From an uncultured archaeon (GTDB lineage Archaea > Iainarchaeota > Iainarchaeia > Iainarchaeales > CSSED10-239), in the NCBI GenBank assembly GCA_964468895.1, contig CAYXWT010000004.1:1-31478 (forward strand): a stretch of 31,478 bases of DNA, read 5' to 3'. Of this stretch, positions 1-9,339 are shown in pieces. The position numbers and the translations under genes were made by a program. Position 1 is the first letter of the stretch. Each line of letters opens with the position of its first letter. The notes under the pieces were generated by a model that worked only from the letters and a program-made list of their open reading frames with translations, was not told the DNA's origin and did no database searches.

Positions 1-10
1 ATGATAAATT

Positions 11-190
11 ATGCCTAGTTTAATTAAAGGGAAAAATGGAAAATTATTTAATTCTTCTTTTTTTAAGAAAAATAAAAATAAATTAATATTAAATAAAAGT
101 AAAGATCAAATTAATAAAATATCTGGAATTAAGGAATATGCTCATTTGAGAGATTATACCATTTTTCTTCAAGATTATTGGTTGAAATGA
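11..190 (+). CDS. short hypothetical ORF (59 aa), doubtful
   Basis: ATG at 11, TGA at 188-190, with in-frame stops immediately upstream. Below the ORF-track cutoff. Lys/Asn-rich with no recognisable motif. Confidence 0.15.
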   Translation: MPSLIKGKNGKLFNSSFFKKNKNKLILNKSKDQINKISGIKEYAHLRDYTIFLQDYWLK

Positions 191-292
191 AAAAAGTAAA
201 TTATTATTAATGTTTATAAAATAATGTTGTTGTGATAATTTTAAAAATAATTTTTAGGTTGTTTTTATTGGATTGTATAATAAGGGATTAAT

Positions 293-961
293 ATGAAAAA
301 AAGTAATAATAATAAATTAAAATTAAATGTATTTTATATATTATCTATTTTATTGATAATTTCTGGAATAGTAATAGGACTTGTATATTATCCTGTTATG
401 CCAGAAAAAATGATTACACATTGGAATTCAAATAATGTCCCTAATGGTTATTCTTCTAAACTTGTAGGATTATTTTTAAGTCCAATGATATCTATTGTAA
501 TTTTAGTTTTATTTTTGTATTTACCTAAATTAGATCCATTAAAAGTAAATTATTCAAAGTTTAAAAATTATTATGATGGTTTTATATTAATGGTATTATT
601 TTTTATGTTTTATATAAATGTTTTAAGTATAATTTATAATTTAGGATATCTGTTTAATTTTGGAACTTATATGGTTTTAGGTTTGTTTATGTTATTTTAT
701 TATTGTGGAATATTAATACAAAAAGCACCTCAAAATTGGTTTGTTGGTATTAGAACACCTTGGACTTTAAGTAATAAAGAAAATTGGATTAAAACACATC
801 AGTTTGGTTCTATTTTATTTAAAATTAGTTCCATAATTATGTTATTAGGTTTGTTTTTTGAAAAATATTTGATGTATTTTGTATTAATTCCAATATTTTT
901 AAGTGTAATTATAATCTGTATTTATTCTTATAGATTGTCTAAAACAAGTTGTAAAAATTAG
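293..961 (+). CDS. SdpI/YhfL-family integral membrane protein (DUF1648-like N-terminus plus SdpI-like domain)
   Basis: ORF track. Multiple hydrophobic helices. 'HWNSNNVPNGYSSK' and 'NWFVGIRTPWTLSNKENWIKTH' resemble the DUF1648/SdpI signatures. AAGGGA RBS-like motif upstream. Confidence 0.6.
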   Translation: MKKSNNNKLKLNVFYILSILLIISGIVIGLVYYPVMPEKMITHWNSNNVPNGYSSKLVGLFLSPMISIVILVLFLYLPKLDPLKVNYSKFKNYYDGFILMVLFFMFYINVLSIIYNLGYLFNFGTYMVLGLFMLFYYCGILIQKAPQNWFVGIRTPWTLSNKENWIKTHQFGSILFKISSIIMLLGLFFEKYLMYFVLIPIFLSVIIICIYSYRLSKTSCKN

Positions 962-981
962 TTTTAATAAAGGTTATAAAA

Positions 982-1560
982 ATGATTGAAGAAATAAAAA
1001 AAAATATATTTAAGTTTTCATATTCTTCTAATTTTTATTATTATAAAAATCTAAATTTATTAATAGATTGTGGTTGTAGATCTGATTTAGAAGATATAAA
1101 AAAAGAATTTTCACAAATAGATGACTTTTCAAATGTAAAATATATTGTTTTTACACATCTTCATTATGATCATATAGGTAACTTTAATTTATTTAAAGAT
1201 GCTAACTTTTATTGTTCAAAACAAGCAATAGAAGATTTTAATATTTCAGCAATAGATTGTATATTAGAACCAATTATTTCTAAAGAATTTTCTTTAAAAG
1301 TAAAATTAATAGATGTTAAAGATATTAATGAAAATTTAAAAAATAAATTTAAAGTGATTTATACTCCTGGTCATACTAGTGGATCTATTTGTTTATTAGA
1401 TAAGAAAAATAGCATCTTATTTTCTGGAGATACTTTATTTTATAATAATGTATTTGGTAGATATGATTTACCTACTTCAAAACCAATCCTTTATAATGAT
1501 AGTCTTAAGCAGATATTTAATATGGATTATGAAATACTTTGTCCAGGTCATGATTATTAA
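982..1560 (+). CDS. MBL-fold metallo-hydrolase
   Basis: HxHxDH motif 'HLHYDH', followed by 'TPGHTSGS', 'SGDTLF' and C-terminal 'CPGHD', in the canonical metallo-beta-lactamase order. Confidence 0.8.
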   Translation: MIEEIKKNIFKFSYSSNFYYYKNLNLLIDCGCRSDLEDIKKEFSQIDDFSNVKYIVFTHLHYDHIGNFNLFKDANFYCSKQAIEDFNISAIDCILEPIISKEFSLKVKLIDVKDINENLKNKFKVIYTPGHTSGSICLLDKKNSILFSGDTLFYNNVFGRYDLPTSKPILYNDSLKQIFNMDYEILCPGHDY

Positions 1561-1601
1561 TTATTATTTTTAAAAATATGTCTGTTAATTAGGAATGATT
1601 T

Positions 1602-2405
1602 ATGAAATTTAAAAGGTCTTCAACAAGAAATAATTCTAAAGGTGAGGTTTCTAAAACCAATTATAAAATATCATCAAACCTTTTTACTACTAGAATAGGT
1701 TCTTTTTTTAAGAGTAGTAGAAGAGGGGTAGTTTATACAAAAAGAGCTAAAGAAATAATGCATTCTTTTAAAGATAAGCACTTATTTAAAGAAATTCTAG
1801 AACTTTCTAAAAAAATTGGTGAACATAAAGAATTTGATCCTATAATAACTATTAAAAATTCAAATTATATTTTAACTGCTAAAAGATTTGATGGAGTAAA
1901 TATTTTTAATTGTAGAAAAACATATACTATTGAATTTAGAAATGGTAATAAAGATAAACTTTTTATTAAAGATGGAAATATAGCTCATACTATTTTTGAA
2001 CATCTGGCTTTGAATTATATGAGTAAATTAGGATTTAATATTGTTGAACCAATTTTCAGTTACACTTCAAAGTCTCACAATTATATTGTTTATGATTATA
2101 GTCATCTATCTACACTTGACGCTTTAGAGAGAAAATTAAGTCCTAGTAAATTTAGGTCACTTTCTAAAGAAGTTTTAGAAATATCTAAAAGATTGTATAA
2201 TAATAGATATAGATTAAGAACAGAAATTATAAAAGAAATGCCTTTTATTAAAAGTTTTAAGATTGCAGAGATAAAGAATACAAATGTGTTTTATGATAAA
2301 ATAAATGATAAATTGTATTTTTTTGATCCAGTTTTAGATATAATAATTGATGAAAATAAATTGCCAGATAAAAAATATATTTCTAATTTACCAGATAAAA
2401 AATAA
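1602..2405 (+). CDS. family B paralog K1: atypical protein-kinase-like fold protein, function unknown
   Basis: Paralog of 2448-3251 and 14024-14746. Shared blocks are 'LFIKDG' (beta3 Lys-like), 'FEHLALNY..LG.NI..P' (alphaC-like), 'NYIVYDY..LSTL' (hinge-like), 'EIKNTNVFY' at the DxxxxN catalytic-loop position (here E for D) and 'LYFFDP' (DFG-like). Confidence 0.45.
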   Translation: MKFKRSSTRNNSKGEVSKTNYKISSNLFTTRIGSFFKSSRRGVVYTKRAKEIMHSFKDKHLFKEILELSKKIGEHKEFDPIITIKNSNYILTAKRFDGVNIFNCRKTYTIEFRNGNKDKLFIKDGNIAHTIFEHLALNYMSKLGFNIVEPIFSYTSKSHNYIVYDYSHLSTLDALERKLSPSKFRSLSKEVLEISKRLYNNRYRLRTEIIKEMPFIKSFKIAEIKNTNVFYDKINDKLYFFDPVLDIIIDENKLPDKKYISNLPDKK

Positions 2406-2447
2406 TTATTTAATTAATTTTAAAATTACTATTAAAAATAGATATTT

Positions 2448-3251
2448 ATGAGTTTTTCAAAAATAAAAACAATTTCTAGAATAAAAAAAAAAGAACCAAA
2501 TAAAATTAAGTATAGTATTCATAGAGATATTCTTTGTCAAAAAGTATACAAGTTTTCTGGTTCTAAAGCAAGAGCTCTTATATATACAGAAAAAGCCAAA
2601 AAAATTTTATTTTCTTTAAGAAAAGAAAAGTTGTTTGAAAAAGTTTTAAGTTTATCTAAAAAGCTAGATGAAATATTAAAAAACACTGCTGAAATTAAGT
2701 TTAAAAATAATACTTATGTTCTAACTGCAAGATCACATTCTGCTAATAGTTATTTTTCTTGTAGAAAAACATTTATGATAGAGTTTTTAAAAGGACAAAA
2801 AGGAAAATCTTTTATAAAAGATGGAGATTTAAGAAGTTATGCTGTTTTTGAACATTTAGCATTAAATTATTTAGAAATGTTAGGACTTAATATAATTCAT
2901 CCTGTTTTGAGTTATACATCTGTATCTAAAAATTATATTGTTTATGATTTCACTAACTTATCAACTTTACTTTCTTTAATTGGAAAAATTTCACCAGAAA
3001 AATATAAATCTCTTATTAAAACTGTTAGTGAAATCAAAAATGCATTATATTTAGATGAAAATCAACTTAGAATAAAAAAAAAAGTTATCAAAAAATTTCC
3101 ATTTGTGGAGGATTTTATAATTAAAGATATAAATAGTAAAAATGTATTTTATGATCTAAAAAATGATAAATTATATTTTTTTGATCTTATTTTACGTGTA
3201 AAAATTGACGAAAGTAAGTTGCCAGATAAAAAATATATTTCTAATTCTTAA
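2448..3251 (+). CDS. family B paralog K2: atypical protein-kinase-like fold protein, function unknown
   Basis: Tandem with K1 after a 42-nt spacer. Same blocks as K1, with 'DINSKN' (DxxxxN) followed by 'LYFFD'. C-terminal 'KLPDKKYISN' is shared with K1. Confidence 0.45.
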   Translation: MSFSKIKTISRIKKKEPNKIKYSIHRDILCQKVYKFSGSKARALIYTEKAKKILFSLRKEKLFEKVLSLSKKLDEILKNTAEIKFKNNTYVLTARSHSANSYFSCRKTFMIEFLKGQKGKSFIKDGDLRSYAVFEHLALNYLEMLGLNIIHPVLSYTSVSKNYIVYDFTNLSTLLSLIGKISPEKYKSLIKTVSEIKNALYLDENQLRIKKKVIKKFPFVEDFIIKDINSKNVFYDLKNDKLYFFDLILRVKIDESKLPDKKYISNS

Positions 3252-3258
3252 AAAATAA

Positions 3259-3891
3259 TTATTTAACAAAAATATTATGTTTTAAAAAATCTTCTTTTAA
3301 TTTATTATAGTCTCCAGTAAAATGAATTGTATTCCAACCTAACTTTTTTGGAGCTTCAATATCTTTTGAATAGGTATCTCCTATCATTAATATTTCTTTA
3401 TTTTCAAAATTAGTTCTTGCTTGCATTTCTAAATATATTTGTGGGTGTGGTTTAACTACTCCTATTTGAAAAGAAAATAAAGAGTAATCTAAATAATCTA
3501 ATATGTTTGTTTCTTGTTTTATAATGTCATATATAAATATACTGCTATTGGTTATTAGAGCAGTTTTATATTTTTGATTTTGTAATTCTTTTAATAAAGG
3601 TATTGTAAAATCATATAATTTTATTTGATTTTCAGCTTTATCTCTAATAGCTGTTATTTTAAATATATTTTCTTTAGTTAAAGGTATATTTAATTTTTCT
3701 GCAAGTTCATTATGAGCATCTAATTCGTTTTCCCAATATTTTGTTTGAACAGTCTCTTCAAATATACTAATTAGTTTTTCTTTATCTATACTTAAATTAA
3801 ATTTTTTTTTTAAAGTATCAGAAAAATGATATTTAGTATCAGTTCTTGTAGCTAAAGTTGACCATAAATCAAAACAAATTAATTTTATCAT
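3259..3891 (-). CDS. HAD-superfamily hydrolase (haloacid-dehalogenase-like)
   Basis: Motif I 'CFDLWSTL' (DxYGTL-like variant), motif II 'LITNSS' and motif IV 'GDTYSKDIEAPKKLGW'. Confidence 0.7.
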   Translation of the reverse strand: MIKLICFDLWSTLATRTDTKYHFSDTLKKKFNLSIDKEKLISIFEETVQTKYWENELDAHNELAEKLNIPLTKENIFKITAIRDKAENQIKLYDFTIPLLKELQNQKYKTALITNSSIFIYDIIKQETNILDYLDYSLFSFQIGVVKPHPQIYLEMQARTNFENKEILMIGDTYSKDIEAPKKLGWNTIHFTGDYNKLKEDFLKHNIFVK

Positions 3892-3909
3892 AAATTATCA
3901 GATCATATA

Positions 3910-4467
3910 TTAATAAATAAAAGGAATTAATTTATATGTTTTGTTTTTATATTTTTTATAACTTTTATGTTTTTTTAATAAATAATTGTCTTCATGTTCT
4001 ACTTTTATAACTACTGCTATAATTACAGGTATGATCAAGTAAAAATAAATATTTTTACTTAATAATAATATAATTCCGCTACTAAGTAAAATTGCACATA
4101 AATATATAGGGTGTCTAATTATTCTATATACTCCTGTTTTTACAATTCTTTTTTCTGGACCAATTTGTGGATAATAATTTTCTTTTAAATTATAAATTGC
4201 GTTATATTCTATTAAACCACTTATAATTAATAATAAAACTGGAAATATATCAAATATATTAATTAACCAATAGTTAGTATAAAATAAATAATGTACTATA
4301 GAGATAAGTAAACAAATAAAAACAACTATAAAATACATAGAAGTATAAAAATCTGTTTTAAACATATTAATAGTTTCTGTAGTCATATTTATAGTTTTAC
4401 TAGTTATTTTATAACATAAAAAGTAAAATATAATTGTATATATAGTTATAATTATTAATTTATACAT
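3910..4467 (-). CDS. isoprenylcysteine carboxyl methyltransferase (ICMT)/phospholipid methyltransferase-family membrane protein
   Basis: Polytopic membrane protein with the family signature 'GVYRIIRHPIYL' and a C-terminal 'EHEDNYL..' region. Confidence 0.7.
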   Translation of the reverse strand: MYKLIIITIYTIIFYFLCYKITSKTINMTTETINMFKTDFYTSMYFIVVFICLLISIVHYLFYTNYWLINIFDIFPVLLLIISGLIEYNAIYNLKENYYPQIGPEKRIVKTGVYRIIRHPIYLCAILLSSGIILLLSKNIYFYLIIPVIIAVVIKVEHEDNYLLKKHKSYKKYKNKTYKLIPFIY

Positions 4468-4485
4468 AATTAGTCCATATCTATT

Positions 4486-4866
4486 TTATTTTAAATTTTT
4501 AAGATTTCCTTCTAAACAAATAGGTTCAAGAGCTTTTATTTCACGAAGATTTTTTCTTTTAGGTAAATCGTACAATAGAAATATTTGTTTATTTAAATGA
4601 AAAGCTACACATGCATACATTATTAGTTTACTAGATATATTATTAATAGTATTTTTATCTTTAAAATTACATAATAATATAGCATCTGTTTTTTCAAGTA
4701 ATTTTAAATCTTTAGATAATACTTCTTTATCTTTATTTATATAATTAGATGTTTTACCTAATTGAAAAGTAGGTAATGTTGTGTCTTTTTTTAATTTATG
4801 TAAATTAAATTTAATTATAGGTAATTTATCTTCAAACTTTTTATCTGATATTAAAAATATATTCAT
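4486..4866 (-). CDS. hypothetical protein (weak resemblance to nucleoside 2-deoxyribosyltransferase-like Rossmann proteins)
   Basis: ORF in an operon-like string with the ICMT and HAD genes. 'TDAILLCNFKD...YACVAFHLNKQIFLL' loosely resembles the sDxvvA...E.G.A.alGKPv pattern, but the catalytic Glu is not evident. Confidence 0.2.
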   Translation of the reverse strand: MNIFLISDKKFEDKLPIIKFNLHKLKKDTTLPTFQLGKTSNYINKDKEVLSKDLKLLEKTDAILLCNFKDKNTINNISSKLIMYACVAFHLNKQIFLLYDLPKRKNLREIKALEPICLEGNLKNLK

Positions 4867-5064
4867 AATAACTCTTTTACCTTAATAATTTCTATTAATA
4901 ATAAATTAATGAACAGTTTATAAATATGTGTTATGATTTTCATAAATACATTACTTTAAATATGTTTTTATATCTAAATATTTTAATTCTAAGATGTATG
5001 AACAACTTATAATGTATCTTAGATAAAAATACAAAATTTAGTATAAATATGGAGAAAATCAAGT

Positions 5065-5262
5065 ATGAATGGTGTTGTAAAATTCTATAACTTTAAGAAA
5101 AGATTTGGATTTATTACTGGCGAAGACGGTAAAGATTATTTCTTTCATCAAACAGGTATCGTTGTAGACTTTCAAAGAGAAATCAGAGATAATGTTCAAG
5201 TAATTTTTGACGTTGTTGAAGATGACAAAGGACCAAAAGCAGTTAATGTTAATAAAATGTAA
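5065..5262 (+). CDS. cold-shock-domain (CspA-like) nucleic-acid-binding protein
   Basis: 65 aa. 'GVVKFYNFKKRFGFI' (RNP1-like) and 'DYFFHQTGI' (RNP2-like). GGAG RBS about 11 nt upstream. Confidence 0.85.
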   Translation: MNGVVKFYNFKKRFGFITGEDGKDYFFHQTGIVVDFQREIRDNVQVIFDVVEDDKGPKAVNVNKM

Positions 5263-5304
5263 ATTCTATTTATAGTTTTTAAATTACTCTTTAATGGTTT
5301 TAAA

Positions 5305-5345
5305 GAAAAAAACAATTTGTTTTTTTCAATTTTTCTTTTTTTTTA
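5305..5345 (+). terminator. A/T hairpin plus T-tract downstream of the csp-like gene
   Basis: 'gaaaaaaacaa-t-ttgtttttttc' is a perfect 11-nt inverted repeat (5305-5327), followed by a T-rich run. The stem is almost pure A:T, so stability is modest. Confidence 0.35.
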
Positions 5346-5541
5346 TTTCTTATTTTTAATAAATTATTTATAATAGTTTATATTGTAGATTTAATTATAA
5401 TTAAACCTTATTAATTTAATATTAATTAAAAATCTTATTTTTGTATTTTAAAAATTAGTTTAGTAATAAAATGCATATATTTAAGTACTATAAACACTTA
5501 TTTATATTAGTATTTTAAATTATATAAAGGGATGATAAATT

Positions 5542-5778
5542 ATGTTAATGTATGCTTTAATTGGATTAGTTTTAATAATACTTGCATGGTGGGTTCAATT
5601 ATTTACTATAAAAGCAGATAGTAAAAAATTAAATAAACTATTTATAGTTCTTTATTGTATAGGTGTTGTGTTCTTAGTATTAGATAGTTACTATGCTGGT
5701 TTACAGGTATATGCTTTATTGAATTTAGTTAGTCTTATCTTTGCATTTATGGTTCTTGTAAGATTATTTTTAAAATAA
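5542..5778 (+). CDS. small membrane protein (78 aa, about 3 predicted helices)
   Basis: ORF track. Hydrophobic throughout. AAGGGA RBS-like motif upstream. No family recognised. Confidence 0.5.
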   Translation: MLMYALIGLVLIILAWWVQLFTIKADSKKLNKLFIVLYCIGVVFLVLDSYYAGLQVYALLNLVSLIFAFMVLVRLFLK

Positions 5779-5809
5779 TCTTTTATTTTTCTTTTTTTTT
5801 AAATAATGT

Positions 5810-6166
5810 TTGGATATAAGATATATAATGATAAAAGTAGAGTTAGAGTTTAATAAATTCTCTAGAAATACAATAGAAGTTTTTATTAAAAGCAAAATAT
5901 TAACTATTAAGTTTTGGGGTACAAAAGAAAATAAAGAACTATATGTTTTTTGTAAAAAAACACAATATATTTTTTTAGAACCTTTTGTTAATATGTATTA
6001 TAATAAAAATCCAAAAACAGTGGTTATTAGAAAGTCTTTTTTATTTTCCTTTTTAGAAAATAAAAATACTTATTTTAAGTTAAAAAATAGTGATATAAAA
6101 TCATTATTAGATAGTTTGGAAGAACTAAATTTTGAAGATTTCAAAAGATATCTACATAATTTTTAA
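5810..6166 (+). CDS. hypothetical protein
   Basis: ORF track, which uses a TTG start. An in-frame ATG lies at 5828. No motif recognised. Confidence 0.35.
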   Translation: MDIRYIMIKVELEFNKFSRNTIEVFIKSKILTIKFWGTKENKELYVFCKKTQYIFLEPFVNMYYNKNPKTVVIRKSFLFSFLENKNTYFKLKNSDIKSLLDSLEELNFEDFKRYLHNF

Positions 6167-7021
6167 TTATTTAATATTTTTTAAGAAATTAATCTGGGAT
6201 ATAATGATAGACGTTGCACAAGCAATGTTTAATGAACTTACAGATTTAGAAGACATAGGTATCTTAACTAATTTATTACTAATTTCTTTATAATTTCTAC
6301 TAAGTCCAATAGTTTCATTTCCAATTAAAACAATAGTTGGTTTATTATAATCTATATCTTGAATATATTCTTTAGCTTTAGCAGAAGTACCTATAATTTG
6401 TAAATCTTTTTGATTTTTTTTAAAATTTTCATAAAAGTCAACAAATTCTTTATAAGAATTTATTTTAAAAATAGAAGTTGCAAAAACCCCACCTAAACTG
6501 CTCCTAATAGTTTGTGGATCATACATGTCTACACTATAGTTGCCACTAATTATGATAGCATCAACTTCAAAAGCATTACAGCTTCTAATAATTGAACCTA
6601 AATTACCTTTATTAGATATATTGTCTAATAAAACTATTAATGAATCTGTTTTGTTTTTAATAGTCTTATATAAATCATTTATATTTTTGTCTTCAACTTT
6701 AATTATAGCAATAAGTTCAGAGGTATTTTCTTTATCACTTAGTTCTTTAAGAAGTTGAGGAGTAATATGAAAATGTTTACAGTTTGTTTTTTTAATAAAT
6801 TCTTTAGCCCAAATAGAAAGATTATTTTTATTATAAATTAAAGAGTCTATTTTGTAATTATTATTAGAAAGAACTTTAATAGCTTTTATACTTTCAACAA
6901 AGATTTCTTTATTTTTATTTCTTTTTTGTCTACTATTTTTTAAAGACAAAAAATGTAAATAATCATTATCTTTAGAATTAATATTATATATTTTCTTCAT
7001 AATATCAATATTAAGTGTCAT
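6167..7021 (-). CDS. SpoU/TrmH-family RNA 2'-O-methyltransferase
   Basis: SPOUT motifs in order: 'NKGNLGSIIRSCNAFEVD', 'IVLIGNETIGLS' and 'IPMSSKSVSSLNIACATSIII'. An N-terminal substrate-binding extension precedes them. Confidence 0.8.
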   Translation of the reverse strand: MTLNIDIMKKIYNINSKDNDYLHFLSLKNSRQKRNKNKEIFVESIKAIKVLSNNNYKIDSLIYNKNNLSIWAKEFIKKTNCKHFHITPQLLKELSDKENTSELIAIIKVEDKNINDLYKTIKNKTDSLIVLLDNISNKGNLGSIIRSCNAFEVDAIIISGNYSVDMYDPQTIRSSLGGVFATSIFKINSYKEFVDFYENFKKNQKDLQIIGTSAKAKEYIQDIDYNKPTIVLIGNETIGLSRNYKEISNKLVKIPMSSKSVSSLNIACATSIIISQINFLKNIK

Positions 7022-7058
7022 AATATTTAAAAATACTATAATTTTATGATACTAAACT

Positions 7059-7895
7059 TTATTTTACTAGTTTTTGAAAATCTATTTCTGCTCTACTAAT
7101 TAATGTTTTAATTTTTAGTATATGTTCTTGAAGTTTAGGATTATTATGATTTGGATGTAATATTTCATTAATATCAAATCCATGGATATTATTTTTTTCT
7201 AAATGTAATTTTATTTTTTTAGAAAAAAATGTTTTCACTAAAAATCCAATCCCATCTAATAAGCTAATTTTACTATTACTTTGTTTTTTATATCTTTTTT
7301 TAGTAAGTAATTTTAAAGCATCGCTTTGTAAATTAAATAAAAATAGTTTTATTGCTGTTATTTCTTTAATTTGTTGACCATATTTTGGATTTGCTTTTAA
7401 TTCTTTAAAAACTTCTTGAATTAGTTCTTTTGGAATGTGTTTACTTTTGATGTGTGGTATTTTATGATTTATATAATCTATATTTATAAAATATTCAATA
7501 ATTAAATGATCTATAGAATTATAAATACTATTTTTATTATTCATATTATTTTTTCTAAAATAGCCATGTACATAGTCATCTAAAATAAAATGACTAACAA
7601 AACCAAGAGCAAATGATCTATCTTCTTTTGTTTTAGCTTTTTTAAGTAATCTTTCTCCAAATCTTTTACCAAAGCCAATGTTTTCATGCCAATAAAGAGT
7701 TGTATTTGTTAATTTATTTTTTACTTTTGATTTCTTTTTTGGAGATAGTATCTCATAAATATCAGGAAATACAGATCCAGAAATAAAATGTTCTTCACTT
7801 ATTTCTTTTTCTTTTAAATTTTGTTCTTTTAGAATCTTTTTTCTGTGCTCAATTGCTTTTTTTGCAATTGCACTATGAGTTAAAGTGTTAGCCAT
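7059..7895 (-). CDS. zinc-dependent phospholipase C-like / P1-nuclease-like metal-binding protein
   Basis: 'LTHSAIAKKAI' at the N-terminus, 'GSVFPDI' and 'FVSHFILDDYVH' resemble the His/Asp ligand pattern of the Zn-PLC superfamily. Confidence 0.4.
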   Translation of the reverse strand: MANTLTHSAIAKKAIEHRKKILKEQNLKEKEISEEHFISGSVFPDIYEILSPKKKSKVKNKLTNTTLYWHENIGFGKRFGERLLKKAKTKEDRSFALGFVSHFILDDYVHGYFRKNNMNNKNSIYNSIDHLIIEYFINIDYINHKIPHIKSKHIPKELIQEVFKELKANPKYGQQIKEITAIKLFLFNLQSDALKLLTKKRYKKQSNSKISLLDGIGFLVKTFFSKKIKLHLEKNNIHGFDINEILHPNHNNPKLQEHILKIKTLISRAEIDFQKLVK

Positions 7896-8123
7896 ATTTT
7901 CAACCTAATTTTATAATAATTATAAATATTATATATAACAATATTTAAAAATAGACAAAACTATAAGGATTTAAGTTTTGATTATAATTTTAGTAATATT
8001 TTTAATTAATCAAATAAATAAGAGTTAATAAAAACTTTGATTTTAATAATAGAACATTATAGTGTACACATAAAATATACCACTATATAAGTGGAAAATG
8101 GGTTAAATTAAATTAATCCATTT

Positions 8124-8867
8124 TTATTTTTTCCTTTGTATTCTTACATAGAAAACTTCTATTTTGTCATAATCAGGTCTACTATAAGAATCATATGTTC
8201 CTTTAACTAGAGAAAATTCATATTTTAAATCTAAATTGTGTGTTTTATTAAAAACTTCTATCATTCTTGGAGCTATTTTTAATATTTTTTCAATTGCATT
8301 TTTTTTTAAATTGTTTATAAGTGCAACTTCTACAAATGCTCTACCTTTTTTACTTAACATAAGTGCTGTTTGAAATAAAGTGTATGGTGGAGATGTACTA
8401 TAATAACCAACACTTGCAGGAGCTACAATTACATCATATTTCCCTTTTACTTTATTAATAATTTCAGAATCAGCTATAGAGTTTATATGTTCAAAAACTT
8501 TTTCTCTAGAAAGATCTTCTCTTATTATTTTCTTTTCTACAAGTTTTTTATCTAATGTTGATTTAAATATATTTAACACATCAATAGTAGGTTTTATACC
8601 TATACTTTCTAATTCTTTTTTTAATATAGCTGTATCATATCCAATGCCAGGACCTAATATCATAACTTCAGGGTGTTTTTTAAGATCATTTAAAATAAAA
8701 TTAGAAACCTCTTCTTTAAGTTTATAACGATATATTTCTTCATATCTATTTCTATTACCATTAAATTCAGAGCCCCAGTTTTCAAATCCTTTTTTAATTT
8801 TAGGTCCTATATGATGATGTATATCTCTTTTATTTTCGAAAGGTTTTATCTTTGTTTTACGTATCAT
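8124..8867 (-). CDS. family A paralog P0: Rossmann/class-I SAM-methyltransferase-like protein, function unknown
   Basis: Most divergent member of the family found at 14968-18915. Shares 'FENWG..NRYE', 'VMILGPGIGYD', 'PTIDVLN', 'FEHIN', 'YDVIVAPASVGYY' and 'LFQTALMLSKKGRAFVEV'. Confidence 0.5.
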   Translation of the reverse strand: MIRKTKIKPFENKRDIHHHIGPKIKKGFENWGSEFNGNRNRYEEIYRYKLKEEVSNFILNDLKKHPEVMILGPGIGYDTAILKKELESIGIKPTIDVLNIFKSTLDKKLVEKKIIREDLSREKVFEHINSIADSEIINKVKGKYDVIVAPASVGYYSTSPPYTLFQTALMLSKKGRAFVEVALINNLKKNAIEKILKIAPRMIEVFNKTHNLDLKYEFSLVKGTYDSYSRPDYDKIEVFYVRIQRKK

Positions 8868-9339
8868 TATATTATTGTTTATGAAAATCTTTAAATATTT
8901 AATCTATATTTTAAAATATTCTTTAAAAAACATTTTATAATCTTATAAATTTTAATTAATTTTATAAATATATCTTGTTATAATTTAGTTATAAATAAGA
9001 TATTTTCAAGTTATAAGTTTAATTATGAAAGTAAAGAAAATTTAAATAAAGTAATAAAATTTTGTTTTATCTTAAATAATTTTAGTTTTAAAAATTAGAA
9101 CTCTATTTTTGATGAAGAAAAATTTATATCCAATTTTATTTTTAATATTAAATGAAGTAGAAAGTCCTGAAGCAATATTATAATTTGGGTCTTGTTTAGC
9201 CAAAAAAAGAAGTTATTATTATTAATTAAGAATAATATTTCTAAGAATATATTTAGAAGATAAATTTACGACGTAATTTATTTTGAAGATTTAGATGATT
9301 TAAATTTAAAATCTAAATAAAATAGATTTTAAAAACAAG

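Noticed and set aside
6540-6758. 72-aa plus-strand ORF inside the SpoU/TrmH gene
   Set aside because: It lies entirely antisense to a well-supported gene. It is hydrophobic and low-complexity, as expected from reading an AT-rich gene backwards, and has no RBS or motif.
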